Shown here: one piece after another, positions 1-10,345 of the stretch
How the letters are laid out: every line of letters starts with the position of its first letter
How positions within the stretch are numbered: the stretch's first letter is position 1
Assembly (NCBI GenBank): GCA_036378975.1
Contig: DASUVK010000045.1
Span: 8,497-72,496 of the forward strand
DNA length: 64,000 bases
Direction: 5' to 3'
Origin: Allosphingosinicella sp.
Lineage (GTDB): Bacteria > Pseudomonadota > Alphaproteobacteria > Sphingomonadales > Sphingomonadaceae
Made by a program: the position numbers and the translations under genes
The notes under the pieces: generated by a model
Database searches by the model: none
What the model saw: the letters and a program-made list of their open reading frames with translations, nothing else
What the model was told of the DNA's origin: nothing

Positions 1-1179
1 TTCTTCTCCTTCGTCGACGAGCTTCGCGCCGCGGGGATCCCCGCCTCGATGAAGGAGCATCTGGTGCTGCTCGAGGCGCTCGACGCCGACATCATCGGCG
101 CCAGCCCGGAGCAATTCTACTTCCTCGCCCGGGCCACGTTCGTGAAGGACGAAGGCCTGCTCGACCGCTTCGACCAGGTGTTCGGCAAGGTCTTCAGGGG
201 GCTCGAGGCCGAATATGGCACCGACTCTGTGCCGGTGCCGGAGGAATGGCTGAAGAAGGTCGCCGAGCTCTACCTCAGCGAGGAGGAGATGGCGAAGATC
301 CGCTCGCTCGGCTCCTGGGAGGAAATCATGGAGGCGCTCAGGCAGCGGCTCGAGGAGCAGAAGGAGCGCCACCAGGGCGGCAGCAAATGGATCGGCACCG
401 CCGGCACCTCCCCCTTCGGCGCCTACGGCTACAATCCGGAAGGCATTCGAATCGGCCAGGAAGGCGGCCGCAACCGAAGCGCGATCAAGGTCTGGGACAA
501 ACGCGAGTTCCGCAACCTCGACAGCGATGTCGAGCTCGGCACCCGCAACATCAAGGTCGCTCTGCGACGCCTGCGGCGCTTCGCCCGCGAAGGCGCCGCC
601 GACGAGCTCGACCTCGATGAAACGATCGACGGCACCGCCCGCAAGGGCTGGCTCGACATCCACATGCGCCCGGAGCGGCACAATGCGGTCAAGCTTCTGC
701 TGCTGCTCGACGTCGGCGGATCGATGGATCCGCACGTCAAGGTCTGCGAGGAGCTGTTTTCCGCCGCCCACAGCGAGTTCAAGAATCTCGAATTCTTCTA
801 TTTCCACAATTGCCCCTATGAGAGCTTGTGGAAGGACAATCGCCGCCGCTTCGCCGAGCGCACCCCGACCTGGGACGTGCTCCACAAATTCGGCCACGAC
901 TGGAAGATCGTGTTCGTCGGCGACGCCTCGATGAGCCCCTACGAGGTCACCCATCCCGGCGGCTCGGTCGAACATTATAACGAGGAAGCCGGCGCGGTGT
1001 GGATGCAACGTCTCGCCACCACCTATCCGAGCGCGGTGTGGCTCAACCCGACGCCGGAGCAATATTGGGGCTACAGCCAGTCGACCCAGATCCTGCGGCA
1101 ATTGATGCAGGAGCGCATGTACCCGCTGACGCTGGCCGGGCTGGACGACGCGATGCGGACCCTGAGCAGGAAAGTGTGA
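1..1179 (+). CDS. VWA domain-containing protein, CoxE/COG3552-like (5' end outside window)
   Basis: Frame 1 is open from base 1 (FFSFVDELRAAGIPAS precedes the first Met at 49). It carries a VWA/MIDAS-like LLLLDVGGSMDP motif. This family usually follows a MoxR-type AAA ATPase, expected upstream. Confidence 0.7.
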   Translation, partial: FFSFVDELRAAGIPASMKEHLVLLEALDADIIGASPEQFYFLARATFVKDEGLLDRFDQVFGKVFRGLEAEYGTDSVPVPEEWLKKVAELYLSEEEMAKIRSLGSWEEIMEALRQRLEEQKERHQGGSKWIGTAGTSPFGAYGYNPEGIRIGQEGGRNRSAIKVWDKREFRNLDSDVELGTRNIKVALRRLRRFAREGAADELDLDETIDGTARKGWLDIHMRPERHNAVKLLLLLDVGGSMDPHVKVCEELFSAAHSEFKNLEFFYFHNCPYESLWKDNRRRFAERTPTWDVLHKFGHDWKIVFVGDASMSPYEVTHPGGSVEHYNEEAGAVWMQRLATTYPSAVWLNPTPEQYWGYSQSTQILRQLMQERMYPLTLAGLDDAMRTLSRKV

Positions 1180-1236
1180 CGCGGCGGGCTAATCGCGCCT
1201 CCGTGCGGGTAGACCGTTGCGCAGGATCGATTCAGC

Positions 1237-2022
1237 CTAATTCCCGAAAGCCTTGCGGGCGAGCGCCGGCACCTCGGGGTCCGGCTCCGGCGGCTTGGGC
1301 GGGCACGCCGCTTCCAGCGCCTCGGCGACCGCCGTCAGCGCCGCGATCCGGGCCGCCTTCTTGTTGTTGCCGTCGATCGCCTGCCACGGCGCCCAGCGCG
1401 TGTCGGTACGCTCGAGCATGGCGTGGGCCGCGGCGAAATAATCGTCGCGGCGAGCGCGGCTGCGGAAATCCTCGGCGGTCACCTTCCAGCGTTTCCACGG
1501 ATGGTCGAGCCGCGCCTTCAGCCGCGCGTCCTGGGTTTCCTGGGTGACGTGGAAGAACAGCTTGACGATCGTCGTGCCGTCATAGGCCTGCTGGGCCTCG
1601 AACTCGTTGATCTCGTCATAGCCGCGCCGCCATTCGGCTTCGGCCGCGAGGCCCTCGACCCGCTCGACGAGGACTCGGCCGTACCAGCTGCGGTCAAACA
1701 CCGCGACCTGGCCGGCGCCGGGCAGCTTGCTCCAGAAGCGCCAGAGGAAGTGGCGGGCTTTCTCCGCCGCGGTGGGCGCGGCGATCGACCAGACCCGATA
1801 GGCGCGCGGGTCCCATTCGGCGGTCATGCGCTTGATCGCCCCGCCCTTCCCGGCCGCGTCCCAGCCCTCGCAGACGACGATGGCGCGCTTCTTGTGGACG
1901 ATGTGGGCGACGAGGATGCGCGACAGCCGCTCCTGCAGCGCGGCGAGGTCGTCGGCATAATTGCCGCGATATTTGGCGCCGGTTTCGTAGTCGGAAAGGT
2001 CGATCGTCACGGCGCTCCTCAA
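1237..2022 (-). CDS. ppk2: polyphosphate kinase 2 family protein
   Basis: 261 aa with the PPK2 hallmarks: VVCEGWDAAGKGG Walker-A-like motif and FDRSWYGRVLVERVEG. Confidence 0.85.
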   Translation of the reverse strand: MRSAVTIDLSDYETGAKYRGNYADDLAALQERLSRILVAHIVHKKRAIVVCEGWDAAGKGGAIKRMTAEWDPRAYRVWSIAAPTAAEKARHFLWRFWSKLPGAGQVAVFDRSWYGRVLVERVEGLAAEAEWRRGYDEINEFEAQQAYDGTTIVKLFFHVTQETQDARLKARLDHPWKRWKVTAEDFRSRARRDDYFAAAHAMLERTDTRWAPWQAIDGNNKKAARIAALTAVAEALEAACPPKPPEPDPEVPALARKAFGN

Positions 2023-2149
2023 TTCCTCCCCGAGATTGCTCGGGGAGGGGGATCATGCGAAGCATGGTGGAGGGGTTCTTCGGGCTCGGCAAGGCCCCTC
2101 CACCGCGCTTCGCGCGGTCCCCCTCCCCTGCAAATGCAGGGGAGGAATT
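2021..2149. repeat. composite hairpin repeat element (AATTCCTCCCC ... GGGGAGGAATT termini with three internal stem-loops)
   Basis: The outer inverted repeat is 2021-2031 / 2139-2149. Internal hairpins are CCTCCCCGAG-ATTG-CTCGGGGAGG, GGTGGAGGGG...CCCCTCCACC and CCTCCCCTGCAAATGCAGGGGAGG. It fills the ppk2-aspS spacer. Confidence 0.7.
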
Positions 2150-3969
2150 TATTCCGGCGCCACCACCTTTGCCGGGTCCTTCTTCGCCCCGGCGCCGGCC
2201 GGCTCGACGATGCGGATGTTGAGCTCCCTCAATTGCCTCGAGCTCACTTCGGAAGGCGCGCCCATCATCAGATCCTCGGCGCGCTGGTTCATCGGGAAGA
2301 GCACGACTTCGCGGATGTTGGGCTCGCCGGCGAGCAGCATGACGATGCGGTCGATGCCGGGCGCCGAGCCGCCATGGGGCGGGGCGCCATATTTGAAGGC
2401 GTTGATCATGCCCGAAAAGTCGCGGTCGACGTCCGCCTGCGAATAGCCGGCGATCTCGAACGCCTTGTACATGATATCGGGGCGGTGGTTGCGGATCGCG
2501 CCCGACGACAATTCGACGCCGTTGCAGACGATGTCATACTGGTAGGCGAGGATGTCGAGCGGGTCCTTGGTCTCCAGCGCTTCCAGCTCGCCCTGGGGCA
2601 TCGAGAAGGGGTTGTGGCTGAAGTCGACCTTCTTCGTCTCCTCGTCATATTCGTACATCGGGAAATCGACGATCCAGCAGAAGCGGAACTCATCCTCGGC
2701 GATGAGGTCGAGCTGCTCGGCGACGCGGGTGCGGGCGGCGCCGGCGAGCCTGGCCGCCTGCGCTTCCTTGCCGGCGGCGAAGAAAATGCCGTCGTCGGGG
2801 CCGAGGCCGAGCTCGGCGACCAGCCTGCGGGTCGCTTCCTCGCCGTGATTCTTGGCGATCGGGCCGCCCGGCTCGCCCCCTTTCTGGGTGATGTAGCCGA
2901 GGCCGGCATGGCCTTCGGAGCGGGCCCAGTCGTTCATGTCGTCGAAGAATTTGCGGCTCTTGTCGGCGGTGCCGGGCGCCGGGATGGCACGGACGACGCC
3001 GCCGCCCTCGACGATGCGGGCGAACAGGCCGAAGCCCGAGCCGCGGAAATGTTCGGAGACGTCGCTTATCTCCACCGGGTTGCGCAGGTCCGGCTTGTCC
3101 GAGCCGTATTTGAGCATCGCCTCCTTGTAAGGGATCCGCGGGAATTCGCCGGCGGGCGTCACCGTCCGGCCGTCGGCGAACTCCTCGAACACGCCCGACA
3201 GCACCGGCTCGATCGCCTGGAAGACGTCCTCCTGGGTGACGAAGCTCATCTCGAAGTCGAGCTGGTAGAATTCGCCCGGGCTGCGATCGGCGCGGGCGTC
3301 CTCGTCGCGGAAGCAGGGGGCGATCTGGAAATAGCGGTCGAAGCTGGCGACCATGATCAATTGCTTGAACATCTGCGGCGCCTGCGGAAGCGCGTAGAAT
3401 TTGCCGGGATGGACCCGGCTGGGCACCAGATAATCGCGCGCGCCCTCGGGGCTGGACGCGGTAAGGATCGGCGTCTGAAACTCGGTGAAGCCGGCATCGA
3501 CCATCCGCCGGCGGATCGACGAGATCACCTGGCTCCTGAGCACGATGTTCCTGTGGAGCCGCTCGCGGCGCAGGTCTAGATAGCGGTATTTGAGCCTAAT
3601 CTCCTCCGGATAGTCCTGCTCGCCGAACACGGGCAGCGGCAGCTCGGCCGCCGCCGACAACACAGTCACCGCTTCGGCGTGAATCTCGATCTGGCCGGTG
3701 GGCAGGTTCGGATTGACGGCATCGGCGGCGCGGCGGACCACCTTGCCGTCGACCGTCACCACCGATTCGACCCGCACCGCTTCCAGCGGCTTGAACGCAG
3801 GATCGTCGACGTCGGTGACGATCTGGGTGATCCCGAAATGGTCGCGCAGGTCGACGAACAGCAGGTTGCCGTGATCGCGCTTCCTGTGCACCCAGCCCGA
3901 CAGTCGCACCTCGTCGCCGACCTCGCTGTCGCGCAGGGCTCCGCAATTATGGCTACGATAGGCGTGCAT
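2149..3969 (-). CDS. aspS: aspartate--tRNA ligase
   Basis: 606 aa. The N-terminal OB domain ([30 protein letters not shown]) and class II motifs ([25 protein letters not shown]) are present. Confidence 0.97.
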   Translation of the reverse strand: MHAYRSHNCGALRDSEVGDEVRLSGWVHRKRDHGNLLFVDLRDHFGITQIVTDVDDPAFKPLEAVRVESVVTVDGKVVRRAADAVNPNLPTGQIEIHAEAVTVLSAAAELPLPVFGEQDYPEEIRLKYRYLDLRRERLHRNIVLRSQVISSIRRRMVDAGFTEFQTPILTASSPEGARDYLVPSRVHPGKFYALPQAPQMFKQLIMVASFDRYFQIAPCFRDEDARADRSPGEFYQLDFEMSFVTQEDVFQAIEPVLSGVFEEFADGRTVTPAGEFPRIPYKEAMLKYGSDKPDLRNPVEISDVSEHFRGSGFGLFARIVEGGGVVRAIPAPGTADKSRKFFDDMNDWARSEGHAGLGYITQKGGEPGGPIAKNHGEEATRRLVAELGLGPDDGIFFAAGKEAQAARLAGAARTRVAEQLDLIAEDEFRFCWIVDFPMYEYDEETKKVDFSHNPFSMPQGELEALETKDPLDILAYQYDIVCNGVELSSGAIRNHRPDIMYKAFEIAGYSQADVDRDFSGMINAFKYGAPPHGGSAPGIDRIVMLLAGEPNIREVVLFPMNQRAEDLMMGAPSEVSSRQLRELNIRIVEPAGAGAKKDPAKVVAPE

Positions 3970-4031
3970 CGGGGATCGCTTTCAAGGCGGTAAAGTTCGG
4001 GAAAAGAACGTGGGCGAGCGCTTCGCGTCAG

Positions 4032-4050
4032 CGAACGCGCTTTGTCAAGC
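4032..4050. repeat. 19-bp direct repeat, copy 1 (CGAACGCGCTTTGTCAAGC)
   Basis: Exact 19-mer also present at 5116-5134. The two copies bracket the 4151-4951 gene. Confidence 0.9.
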
Positions 4051-4150
4051 TGCAAGGCCGGGTCACGGACTTATGCCGCTCGGGCACGTCGGGCACGGCG
4101 TGCGTGGCGCGAAGCCGTTGGCGCGGCCCCGGTGCCTGTCGATGAAGCGC

Positions 4151-4951
4151 TTAGGGCCCCGGAGAGGGGGTAACAACGGCGCTGCCCTGCACCCGTCGGC
4201 CATAGGCGTCCCAGGCCGTGGCGAGGAAGCTCAGAGGCTCGTTCTGTACCGTGCGCGTCACCTCGCCCACGATCGGGCCGCCGACGCCGGGTCGAGTTTC
4301 GTCGAGCAGCACGCCTGCCGCTCCCTGCAGCCGGGCCCGTTTGCAGGATGGGCCAGCCCTCAGGGACAAGGTGATCGTGGCGCCCGGCTCGGGTGCGGAA
4401 TCGTTCGCCTCGAACAGCTCGATCTCGCAGCGCCCGGGGGCGACGAAGACGAAGCCGACATTGCGCCCCGGCGCATTGGCCGATGGCGGATCGCCCCTGT
4501 CGACGATCGTCATTGCCCAGCGCCGTCCGTGATCGATCTGCGAGGGACTCCGCGGCGGAGAGAAGTAGATTCTGCTGCGAGTGTTGTCGTTCGTGTCGTC
4601 TTCCCCCGGCGGTCCCCCGAAATCGTAAGCGAAGGTTGGAGCGGACGGCTCCGAGGGGCTGTCCACATTGGCCCTTGTCCAAGCCTGGTTGTCGCCGGTC
4701 ACCTCCAATCCGCCCGGCACACGGCTGATGACGATGTCCCAGGAGAAAGGGTTATCGTAAATGCCAGGACCCGGCGCGTGCCTGGTGACATAATAGTCAC
4801 TTTCGCCTTCCCAGCGAATGGCGTCGCCTGATCTTACCAGCGTCGGTGGTCCGGGAATAGGCACCTCGACGAATGGCAGTTCTTTCGGCGGGCAGCTTCC
4901 TGCGGACAAGGTGAGCGCAACTATGACCAGTCCTATCACAGTGCGCGTCAT
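4151..4951 (-). CDS. hypothetical secreted protein (signal peptide, possible lipoprotein)
   Basis: 266 aa. The N-terminus MTRTVIGLVIVALTLSAGSC is signal-peptide-like, and a strong SD (GAGGGGG) sits before the ATG. The 5' part of the gene and its upstream region are visibly lower in GC than the neighbours. No family recognised. Confidence 0.7.
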   Translation of the reverse strand: MTRTVIGLVIVALTLSAGSCPPKELPFVEVPIPGPPTLVRSGDAIRWEGESDYYVTRHAPGPGIYDNPFSWDIVISRVPGGLEVTGDNQAWTRANVDSPSEPSAPTFAYDFGGPPGEDDTNDNTRSRIYFSPPRSPSQIDHGRRWAMTIVDRGDPPSANAPGRNVGFVFVAPGRCEIELFEANDSAPEPGATITLSLRAGPSCKRARLQGAAGVLLDETRPGVGGPIVGEVTRTVQNEPLSFLATAWDAYGRRVQGSAVVTPSPGP

Positions 4952-4990
4952 ATATTCCCCCTCGGATGAGAATTTCGGGCGCTTGTAGAA

Positions 4991-5017
4991 ATTATACCTT
5001 TTGTGATTTGCTGTCTA
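4991..5017 (-). promoter_or_regulatory. candidate sigma70-like promoter for the 4151-4951 gene
   Basis: On the minus strand there is a TAGACA then a perfect TATAAT about 40 nt upstream of the ATG, in an AT-rich patch. The 15-nt spacer is shorter than optimal. Confidence 0.3.
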
Positions 5018-5115
5018 CGGTGACCCAGGCGACGCGACGACCAGCCGGCCCGGGTCGTGCGAATGCGTCGGCCCGCGTCGCCACAGAAAAATCGCGGCGC
5101 GGAACGCCGCGGCCC

Positions 5116-5134
5116 CGAACGCGCTTTGTCAAGC
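5116..5134. repeat. 19-bp direct repeat, copy 2 (CGAACGCGCTTTGTCAAGC)
   Basis: Exact copy of 4032-4050, lying 28 nt upstream of the rnd ATG. Confidence 0.9.
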
Positions 5135-5162
5135 CGTGAGGCCGCCGCTATGAGCCCACGCG

Positions 5163-6338
5163 ATGCAGATCCATCCGCTGATTACCGATTCCGATTCGCT
5201 TAAGTCCCTGTGCGAGCGTCTGGCCCGGTCGCCCTTCGTCGCCGTCGACACCGAATTCATGCGCGAGAACACCTACTGGCCGGACCTGTGCCTGATCCAG
5301 ATCGGCGACGTCGACGAGGCCGCCGCCATCGATCCCAAGGCGGACGGGCTCGACATGATGCCCCTGCTCGACCTGCTGGTCGACAATGAGGACGTGCTCA
5401 AGGTCTTCCATGCCGGCAGCCAGGACATCGAGATCATCTACAACATCACCGGCAAGACGCCGCATCCGCTGTTCGACACCCAGATCGCGGCGATGGCGCT
5501 GGGGCTCGGCGAGCAGGTCGGCTATTCGAACCTGGTCGAGAGCCTGGTCGGCAAGAGCCTCGACAAGGGCGCGCGCTTCACCGACTGGGGCCGCCGGCCG
5601 CTCGACCGGCGCCAGATCGACTATGCGATCGGCGACGTCACCCATCTCGCCGGCCTGTTCCCGAAAATGCTGGAGCGGCTGCGGCGGACCGGGCGCGGCG
5701 AGTGGCTCGACGAGGAGATGGAGCGGCTCGCCGACCCCGCCAATTACGAGAACGACCCCGCTCTGGCCTGGAAGAGGATCCGCATCTCGAGCCGCAAGCC
5801 CGAAGTGCTCGGCCGACTGAAGGCGCTCGCCGCGTGGCGCGAGCAGGAGGCGCGGGGCAAGAATCTGCCGCGCGGGCGGATCATGAAGGACGAGACGATC
5901 GCCGACGTCGCCGCCCATCCGCCGGCGAGCCAGGAGGCGCTGGCGCGGGTGCGGGGCCTGTCGCCCGCCTGGGCCGGCAACGAGATCGGCGCGCGGCTAA
6001 TGGCGGCGCTCGCGGCGGCCGAGCCGATGCCGGCGGAGGAGCTGCCGGCGCGCGAGGATCGCGGCCCCGGCCTCGGCAAGGAGGGAGCGCTGGTCGCCGA
6101 CCTGTTGAAGCTGCTCCTCAAGATCCGTTCGCGCGACAGCAACGTCGCGGCGCGGCTGATCGCCCGGACCGAAGAATTGGAGCTGCTCGCCGCCGGCCGG
6201 CGCGACGGGCTGGCGATCCTCGAAGGCTGGCGGTTCGAACAGTTCGGCCGCGACGCGCTTGACCTGGTCGAGGGCCGCCTCGCCTTCGGGGTCAAGGGGG
6301 GCAAGCTGGTGATGACCCATACGGAGGTCGGCCAATGA
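5163..6338 (+). CDS. rnd: ribonuclease D
   Basis: 391 aa. The DEDD exonuclease motifs (VAVDTEFMRENTYWPDLCLIQIG, HAGSQDIE, YAIGDVTHL) are followed by an HRDC-like region. Confidence 0.93.
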   Translation: MQIHPLITDSDSLKSLCERLARSPFVAVDTEFMRENTYWPDLCLIQIGDVDEAAAIDPKADGLDMMPLLDLLVDNEDVLKVFHAGSQDIEIIYNITGKTPHPLFDTQIAAMALGLGEQVGYSNLVESLVGKSLDKGARFTDWGRRPLDRRQIDYAIGDVTHLAGLFPKMLERLRRTGRGEWLDEEMERLADPANYENDPALAWKRIRISSRKPEVLGRLKALAAWREQEARGKNLPRGRIMKDETIADVAAHPPASQEALARVRGLSPAWAGNEIGARLMAALAAAEPMPAEELPAREDRGPGLGKEGALVADLLKLLLKIRSRDSNVAARLIARTEELELLAAGRRDGLAILEGWRFEQFGRDALDLVEGRLAFGVKGGKLVMTHTEVGQ

Positions 6339-6640
6339 CGAGGCTGATAGGAGGAGCGCTGCTGATGGCGATGACGGGTTGCGCGAACCTGCCGCCGCCG
6401 AACGCCGAGGAGGTTCCGGTCCGGGGCGATAGCGGCCGCAAATGCGATGCTTCCAAAGCGCAGGGGCTGGTGGGGCGCAAGGCCAGCCAGGAGCTCGGCG
6501 AGGCGGCGCTGCGGCTCAGCGGCGCCGGCGCGCTGCGCTGGATTCCCGAAGGCGGAATCGTGACCATGGATTTCCGCGAGGACCGGTTGAACCTCCGGCT
6601 CGACGGGCAGAACAAGGTCGTCGCGATCAGCTGCGGATGA
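6335..6640 (+). CDS. peptidase inhibitor I78 family lipoprotein
   Basis: 101 aa with a lipobox-like LLMAMTGC. The C-terminal pattern (CDASKAQGLVGR...MDFREDRLNLRLD...ISCG) is typical of I78. Its ATG overlaps the rnd stop (ATGA). Confidence 0.75.
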   Translation: MTRLIGGALLMAMTGCANLPPPNAEEVPVRGDSGRKCDASKAQGLVGRKASQELGEAALRLSGAGALRWIPEGGIVTMDFREDRLNLRLDGQNKVVAISCG

Positions 6641-6649
6641 CGTCGAGAC

Positions 6650-6683
6650 CGCCCCTCTCCCGCCCTTTCACGGGAGAGGGGCG
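6650..6683. terminator. bidirectional stem-loop between convergent genes
   Basis: CGCCCCTCTCCCG - 8 nt loop - CGGGAGAGGGGCG, a 13-bp perfect stem. It lies between the I78 gene (+) and ppx (-). Confidence 0.6.
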
Positions 6684-6699
6684 TCGAGCGGTCCGGACG

Positions 6700-8178
6700 C
6701 TAGGCGGTTCGGAACTCTGCCTTGCACCCCAGCGCCGACGCCAGCTTCCTCAGGCGGCGGTCGACGGTCTCGCCGTAGAGCGCTTCCTCGTCCTGCGGCA
6801 GGACGAGGCGGATGACGTCGCCGTCTCGCTCGAGGCGGCTGCGCTCCAGGCTGGAGGCCAACCCGCCGCTGAGACGCTGGCCGAGCCGCATCGCCAGCCC
6901 CCAGCGTGCGGCGCATTCCAGCTGGTCGCGGTTGCAGAGCTCGGCGACCCTCTGGTCCGGAAAGTCGCGGCCGCCGCCGAAGTTGGAGAAAAGCGCCTGC
7001 GCCATCATCACCCGGCCGCAGACGTCGATTCCCACCCAATTGCCGTGCAGCGCCATCTCGACGCCGCGCTCCGCCCGGAAATCCGGATGCGCCTGCCAAG
7101 CGACGTCGGCGAGCAGGCAGGCGGCGAGGCGAAGGCGGGCCATGGCCGGGCCGTCGGCGAAAATGGGCGAAATCCAGCGGTCGAGCAAATCGCCATGCTC
7201 GCCGAAACGGCTGAGACCACGGCCCGCGTCGCGCGCCGCTTCGATCAAAGGGTCCTTCGTCCGCTCGTTCGGCGGCAGCTCGTGATAGAGCAGCCCTTCG
7301 CGGATGCCGAAGCTGGAGACGATAAGCTCGCTCGGACCGACCGCCTCGACCAAAGCGGAGAGGATCAGATTGGCGTTGGGCAATGTCGGGATGCGCAAGG
7401 CGGTCAGCATCGGCATGCTCTTCGGATCGGCGCGGTTGAGCGAGGCGATCAGCTTCCTCAGCTCGGCCGGCCGGCCGGGCGGCATCCGGTAATGATGGGT
7501 GATCGGCAGCGGATAGTCGCGCGAAATGATGTCGAGCCTCGCCAACGTGCGCCACGATCCGCCGACCATGTAGAGCGGTCGGCCCCGGCCACGCCGGCCG
7601 AGGCCCGATTGCTCGAGGGCGGCGGCGAGGCCGCGGCGCAGCTTCTTCTCGGCCGCGGCGTCGGGGTTGCCGATTCGCAGCACCCCGAAGGGCAAAGAGA
7701 TGCTGGAGTGAACGGCGGCGACGCTCACGTCGGCCAGTTCGAGGCTGCCGCCGCCAAGATCGCCGACCAGTCCGTCGGCGTCGGGGAAACCGGACAGCAC
7801 GCCTTCCCCGGCCAGCTCGCCTTCCTTTTCGCCGGAAATGACCTGAGGCTCGAAGCCGACGGCGCGGACTTCGCCGAGGAAGGCGTCGCCGTTGCGCGCG
7901 TCGCGCACGGCGGCGGTGGCGAGGACGCGCACGTCGTCGACCTCCATCTGGTCGAGGAGCAAACGGAAGCGGCTGAGCGCCGACAAGGCCCGCGTCCGCG
8001 GCTCCTCGCCGAGCAGGCCGGTCTCGCCCAGGCCCTGGCCGAGGCCGGCGAGCACCTTTTCGTTGAAGATGATCGACGGCGCCCGCGGCGCGCCCGAATA
8101 GACCACCACGCGGACCGAGTTGGAGCCGATGTCGACGATCGCGACGGGCTCGGCGTGGCGCAGGGCTCCGCCCCTCAC
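6700..8178 (-). CDS. ppx: exopolyphosphatase (Ppx/GppA family)
   Basis: 492 aa with the N-terminal ASKHA motif VAIVDIGSNSVRVVVY and Ppx/GppA architecture. It lies adjacent to ppk1. Confidence 0.92.
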   Translation of the reverse strand: MRGGALRHAEPVAIVDIGSNSVRVVVYSGAPRAPSIIFNEKVLAGLGQGLGETGLLGEEPRTRALSALSRFRLLLDQMEVDDVRVLATAAVRDARNGDAFLGEVRAVGFEPQVISGEKEGELAGEGVLSGFPDADGLVGDLGGGSLELADVSVAAVHSSISLPFGVLRIGNPDAAAEKKLRRGLAAALEQSGLGRRGRGRPLYMVGGSWRTLARLDIISRDYPLPITHHYRMPPGRPAELRKLIASLNRADPKSMPMLTALRIPTLPNANLILSALVEAVGPSELIVSSFGIREGLLYHELPPNERTKDPLIEAARDAGRGLSRFGEHGDLLDRWISPIFADGPAMARLRLAACLLADVAWQAHPDFRAERGVEMALHGNWVGIDVCGRVMMAQALFSNFGGGRDFPDQRVAELCNRDQLECAARWGLAMRLGQRLSGGLASSLERSRLERDGDVIRLVLPQDEEALYGETVDRRLRKLASALGCKAEFRTA

Positions 8179-8188
8179 GATTTGGCCC

Positions 8189-10345
8189 TCACGGGCCGCG
8201 CCGGAAGCGCAGCTTCGGCACCGAGCCGCTGTTCCGCAGCGCGGCGCCGCGGCCGGAGAGCGACGGGTTGGTCATGAAATAATGATGGAGGTTGAACGGC
8301 CGGTCGCCGTCGGGCGTCAGCCGCTCGTAGCTGCCGTCGGCGTGGAGGCGCCAGCTCTGCTCGTTATCGATCAGATTGGCGACCATCACCTGGTCGAGCA
8401 CCTGGGCGTGGACGGTCGGATTCTCGATCGGCAGCATATATTCGACCCTGCGGTCGAAGTTGCGCGGCATCCAGTCGGCCGAGCTGATATAGATGCGTGC
8501 GCCGCGGTTGGGCAGCTCGGCGCCGTTGCCGAAGCACCAGATGCGGCTGTGCTCGAGGAATCGACCGACGATCGACTTGACCCGGATATTCTCGGACAGG
8601 CCGGGGACTCCGGGCCTGAGGCAGCATATGCCGCGGATGACGAGGTCGATCTGCACTCCCGCCGCGCTCGCCTCATAGAGCCTGTCGATGATCGGCTGGT
8701 CGACGAGCGCGTTCATCTTCGCCCAGACGACGCCGGGCTCGCCGGCGTGCGCATTGGCGATCTCGCCGTCGATCAGGGCGAGCAGCTCGTCGCGCAGGTG
8801 GTGGGGCGACATTGACAGCAGTTCGAGGTCGCGCGGCTCGACATAGCCGGTGATGTAGTTGAACAATTGGGCGACGTCCCGGCCGACGCGCGGATCGGCG
8901 GTGAAGAAACTTAGGTCGGTATAGATGCGCGCCGTGACCGGGTGGTAATTGCCGGTGCCGAGATGGCAATAGGTGCGATAGCCGTTGCCCTCGCGCCGCA
9001 CCACCATCGACACCTTGGCGTGGGTCTTCCACTCGACGAAGCCGTAGACGACCTGGACGCCGGCCCGCTCGAGGGCGGAGGCCCACAGCAGATTCTGCTC
9101 CTCCTCGAAGCGCGCCTTCAGCTCGACCACGGCGGTGACCGACTTACCGGCGTCGGCGGCGTCGATCAGGGCGCGGATGACTGCCGACTGCTTGCCGGCG
9201 CGGTAGAGGGTCTGCTTGATCGCGACCACGTCGGGATCGGCGGCGGCCTGCTTGACGAACTCCACCACCACCTCGAAGCTCTCATAAGGGTGGTGGACGA
9301 CGATGTCCTTGCTCTGGATCGCGGCGAAGCAATCACCGCCATGCTCGCGGACCCGCTCGGGGAAGCGCGGCGCGAACGGAGCGAATTTGAGGTCGGGCCG
9401 GTCCTCTTCGTAGAGCGCGTCGAGATCGGCGATGCCGAGAAAGCCGGTCGATTCGGTGACGATCGCGTCGTTCGCCGCGACGCCCTCGCGGACCAGGTTC
9501 ATCAGCTCCGGCGGCATGCCGGCTTCCAGCTTCAGGCGGACAACGCGGCCCCGGCGGCGGCGCTTGATCGCGCTGCGGAAGTAGCGGACCAGGTCCTCGG
9601 CTTCCTCCTCGATCTCGATGTCGCTGTCGCGGATGATCCGGAAGGCGCCGCCGCCGATCAGATCGTAGCCCGGGAACAGGGCGCCGATATTGCGGCGGAT
9701 CAGGGTCTCGACGGCGATGTAGCGCGCTTCGGCGCCGGGCAGGCGGATGAAGCGCGGCAGCGTCGCCGGCACCATCAGCAGCTCGCGGATCGGCTCGCCG
9801 CTCGACTGCCGACGCAAATCGAAGATCAGCGAGAAGCCGCGATTGGGGATGAACGGGAAGGGATGGGCCGGGTCGATCGCCTGCGGGGTCAACACCGGGA
9901 AGATCTGCTCGCGGAAATGCCGCTCCAGCCATTCCGCCGATTCACCGTCGATCGCGCCGCTGCCGATCACCGCCATGCCGGCTTCCGCCAAAGCCCGGCG
10001 CAGCTCGGACCAGACGTTCTGCTGGCTCTCGGTCAGCCGGTCGGCCTCCACCGTGATGGCGGCGAGCTGCTGGGCGGGGGTAAGACCGTCGATCGACTTC
10101 TCCTCGACGCCGAGCAGGCGGTGCGCCTTGAGGCCGGCGACCCGGACCATGAAGAATTCGTCGAGATTGTTGCCGGAAATGGACAGGAAGCGCAGCCGTT
10201 CGAGCAGCGGGTGGGCCGGGTTGGACGCCTCTTCGAGGACGCGCCGGTTGAACGCGAGCCAGCTCAGCTCGCGGTTGAAAAAACGCTCGCGCGGCGACAG
10301 AGCGGCCTGATCGGCGGACGGCGAAGAGGCGGCATGCGTGTCCAT
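8189..10345 (-). CDS. ppk1: polyphosphate kinase 1
   Basis: 718 aa with PPK1 motifs ([25 protein letters not shown], two PLD-like C-terminal domains). Confidence 0.97.
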   Translation of the reverse strand: MDTHAASSPSADQAALSPRERFFNRELSWLAFNRRVLEEASNPAHPLLERLRFLSISGNNLDEFFMVRVAGLKAHRLLGVEEKSIDGLTPAQQLAAITVEADRLTESQQNVWSELRRALAEAGMAVIGSGAIDGESAEWLERHFREQIFPVLTPQAIDPAHPFPFIPNRGFSLIFDLRRQSSGEPIRELLMVPATLPRFIRLPGAEARYIAVETLIRRNIGALFPGYDLIGGGAFRIIRDSDIEIEEEAEDLVRYFRSAIKRRRRGRVVRLKLEAGMPPELMNLVREGVAANDAIVTESTGFLGIADLDALYEEDRPDLKFAPFAPRFPERVREHGGDCFAAIQSKDIVVHHPYESFEVVVEFVKQAAADPDVVAIKQTLYRAGKQSAVIRALIDAADAGKSVTAVVELKARFEEEQNLLWASALERAGVQVVYGFVEWKTHAKVSMVVRREGNGYRTYCHLGTGNYHPVTARIYTDLSFFTADPRVGRDVAQLFNYITGYVEPRDLELLSMSPHHLRDELLALIDGEIANAHAGEPGVVWAKMNALVDQPIIDRLYEASAAGVQIDLVIRGICCLRPGVPGLSENIRVKSIVGRFLEHSRIWCFGNGAELPNRGARIYISSADWMPRNFDRRVEYMLPIENPTVHAQVLDQVMVANLIDNEQSWRLHADGSYERLTPDGDRPFNLHHYFMTNPSLSGRGAALRNSGSVPKLRFRRGP

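Noticed and set aside
1423-3579. A 718-aa ORF on the plus strand, plus similar very long ORFs at 8942-10426, 16758-19163, 19157-21451, 23204-25642, 28965-30707, 50337-51941, 58923-60572 and 61087-62511.
   Set aside because: Each lies antisense to, or out of frame with, a confidently identified gene (aspS, ppk1, lptD, surA/pdxA, guaB, ABC-F, pckA, rmuC, DUF1343). Their translations are Arg/Gly/Ala/Asp-rich low-complexity sequence, typical of shadow ORFs in high-GC DNA.
4036-4050. On the minus strand, the 19-bp direct repeat contains TTGACA (GCTTGACAAAGCGC), a possible -35 box for aspS.
   Set aside because: No acceptable -10 hexamer lies 16-18 nt downstream in either copy. The repeat is reported as a repeat, not as a promoter.
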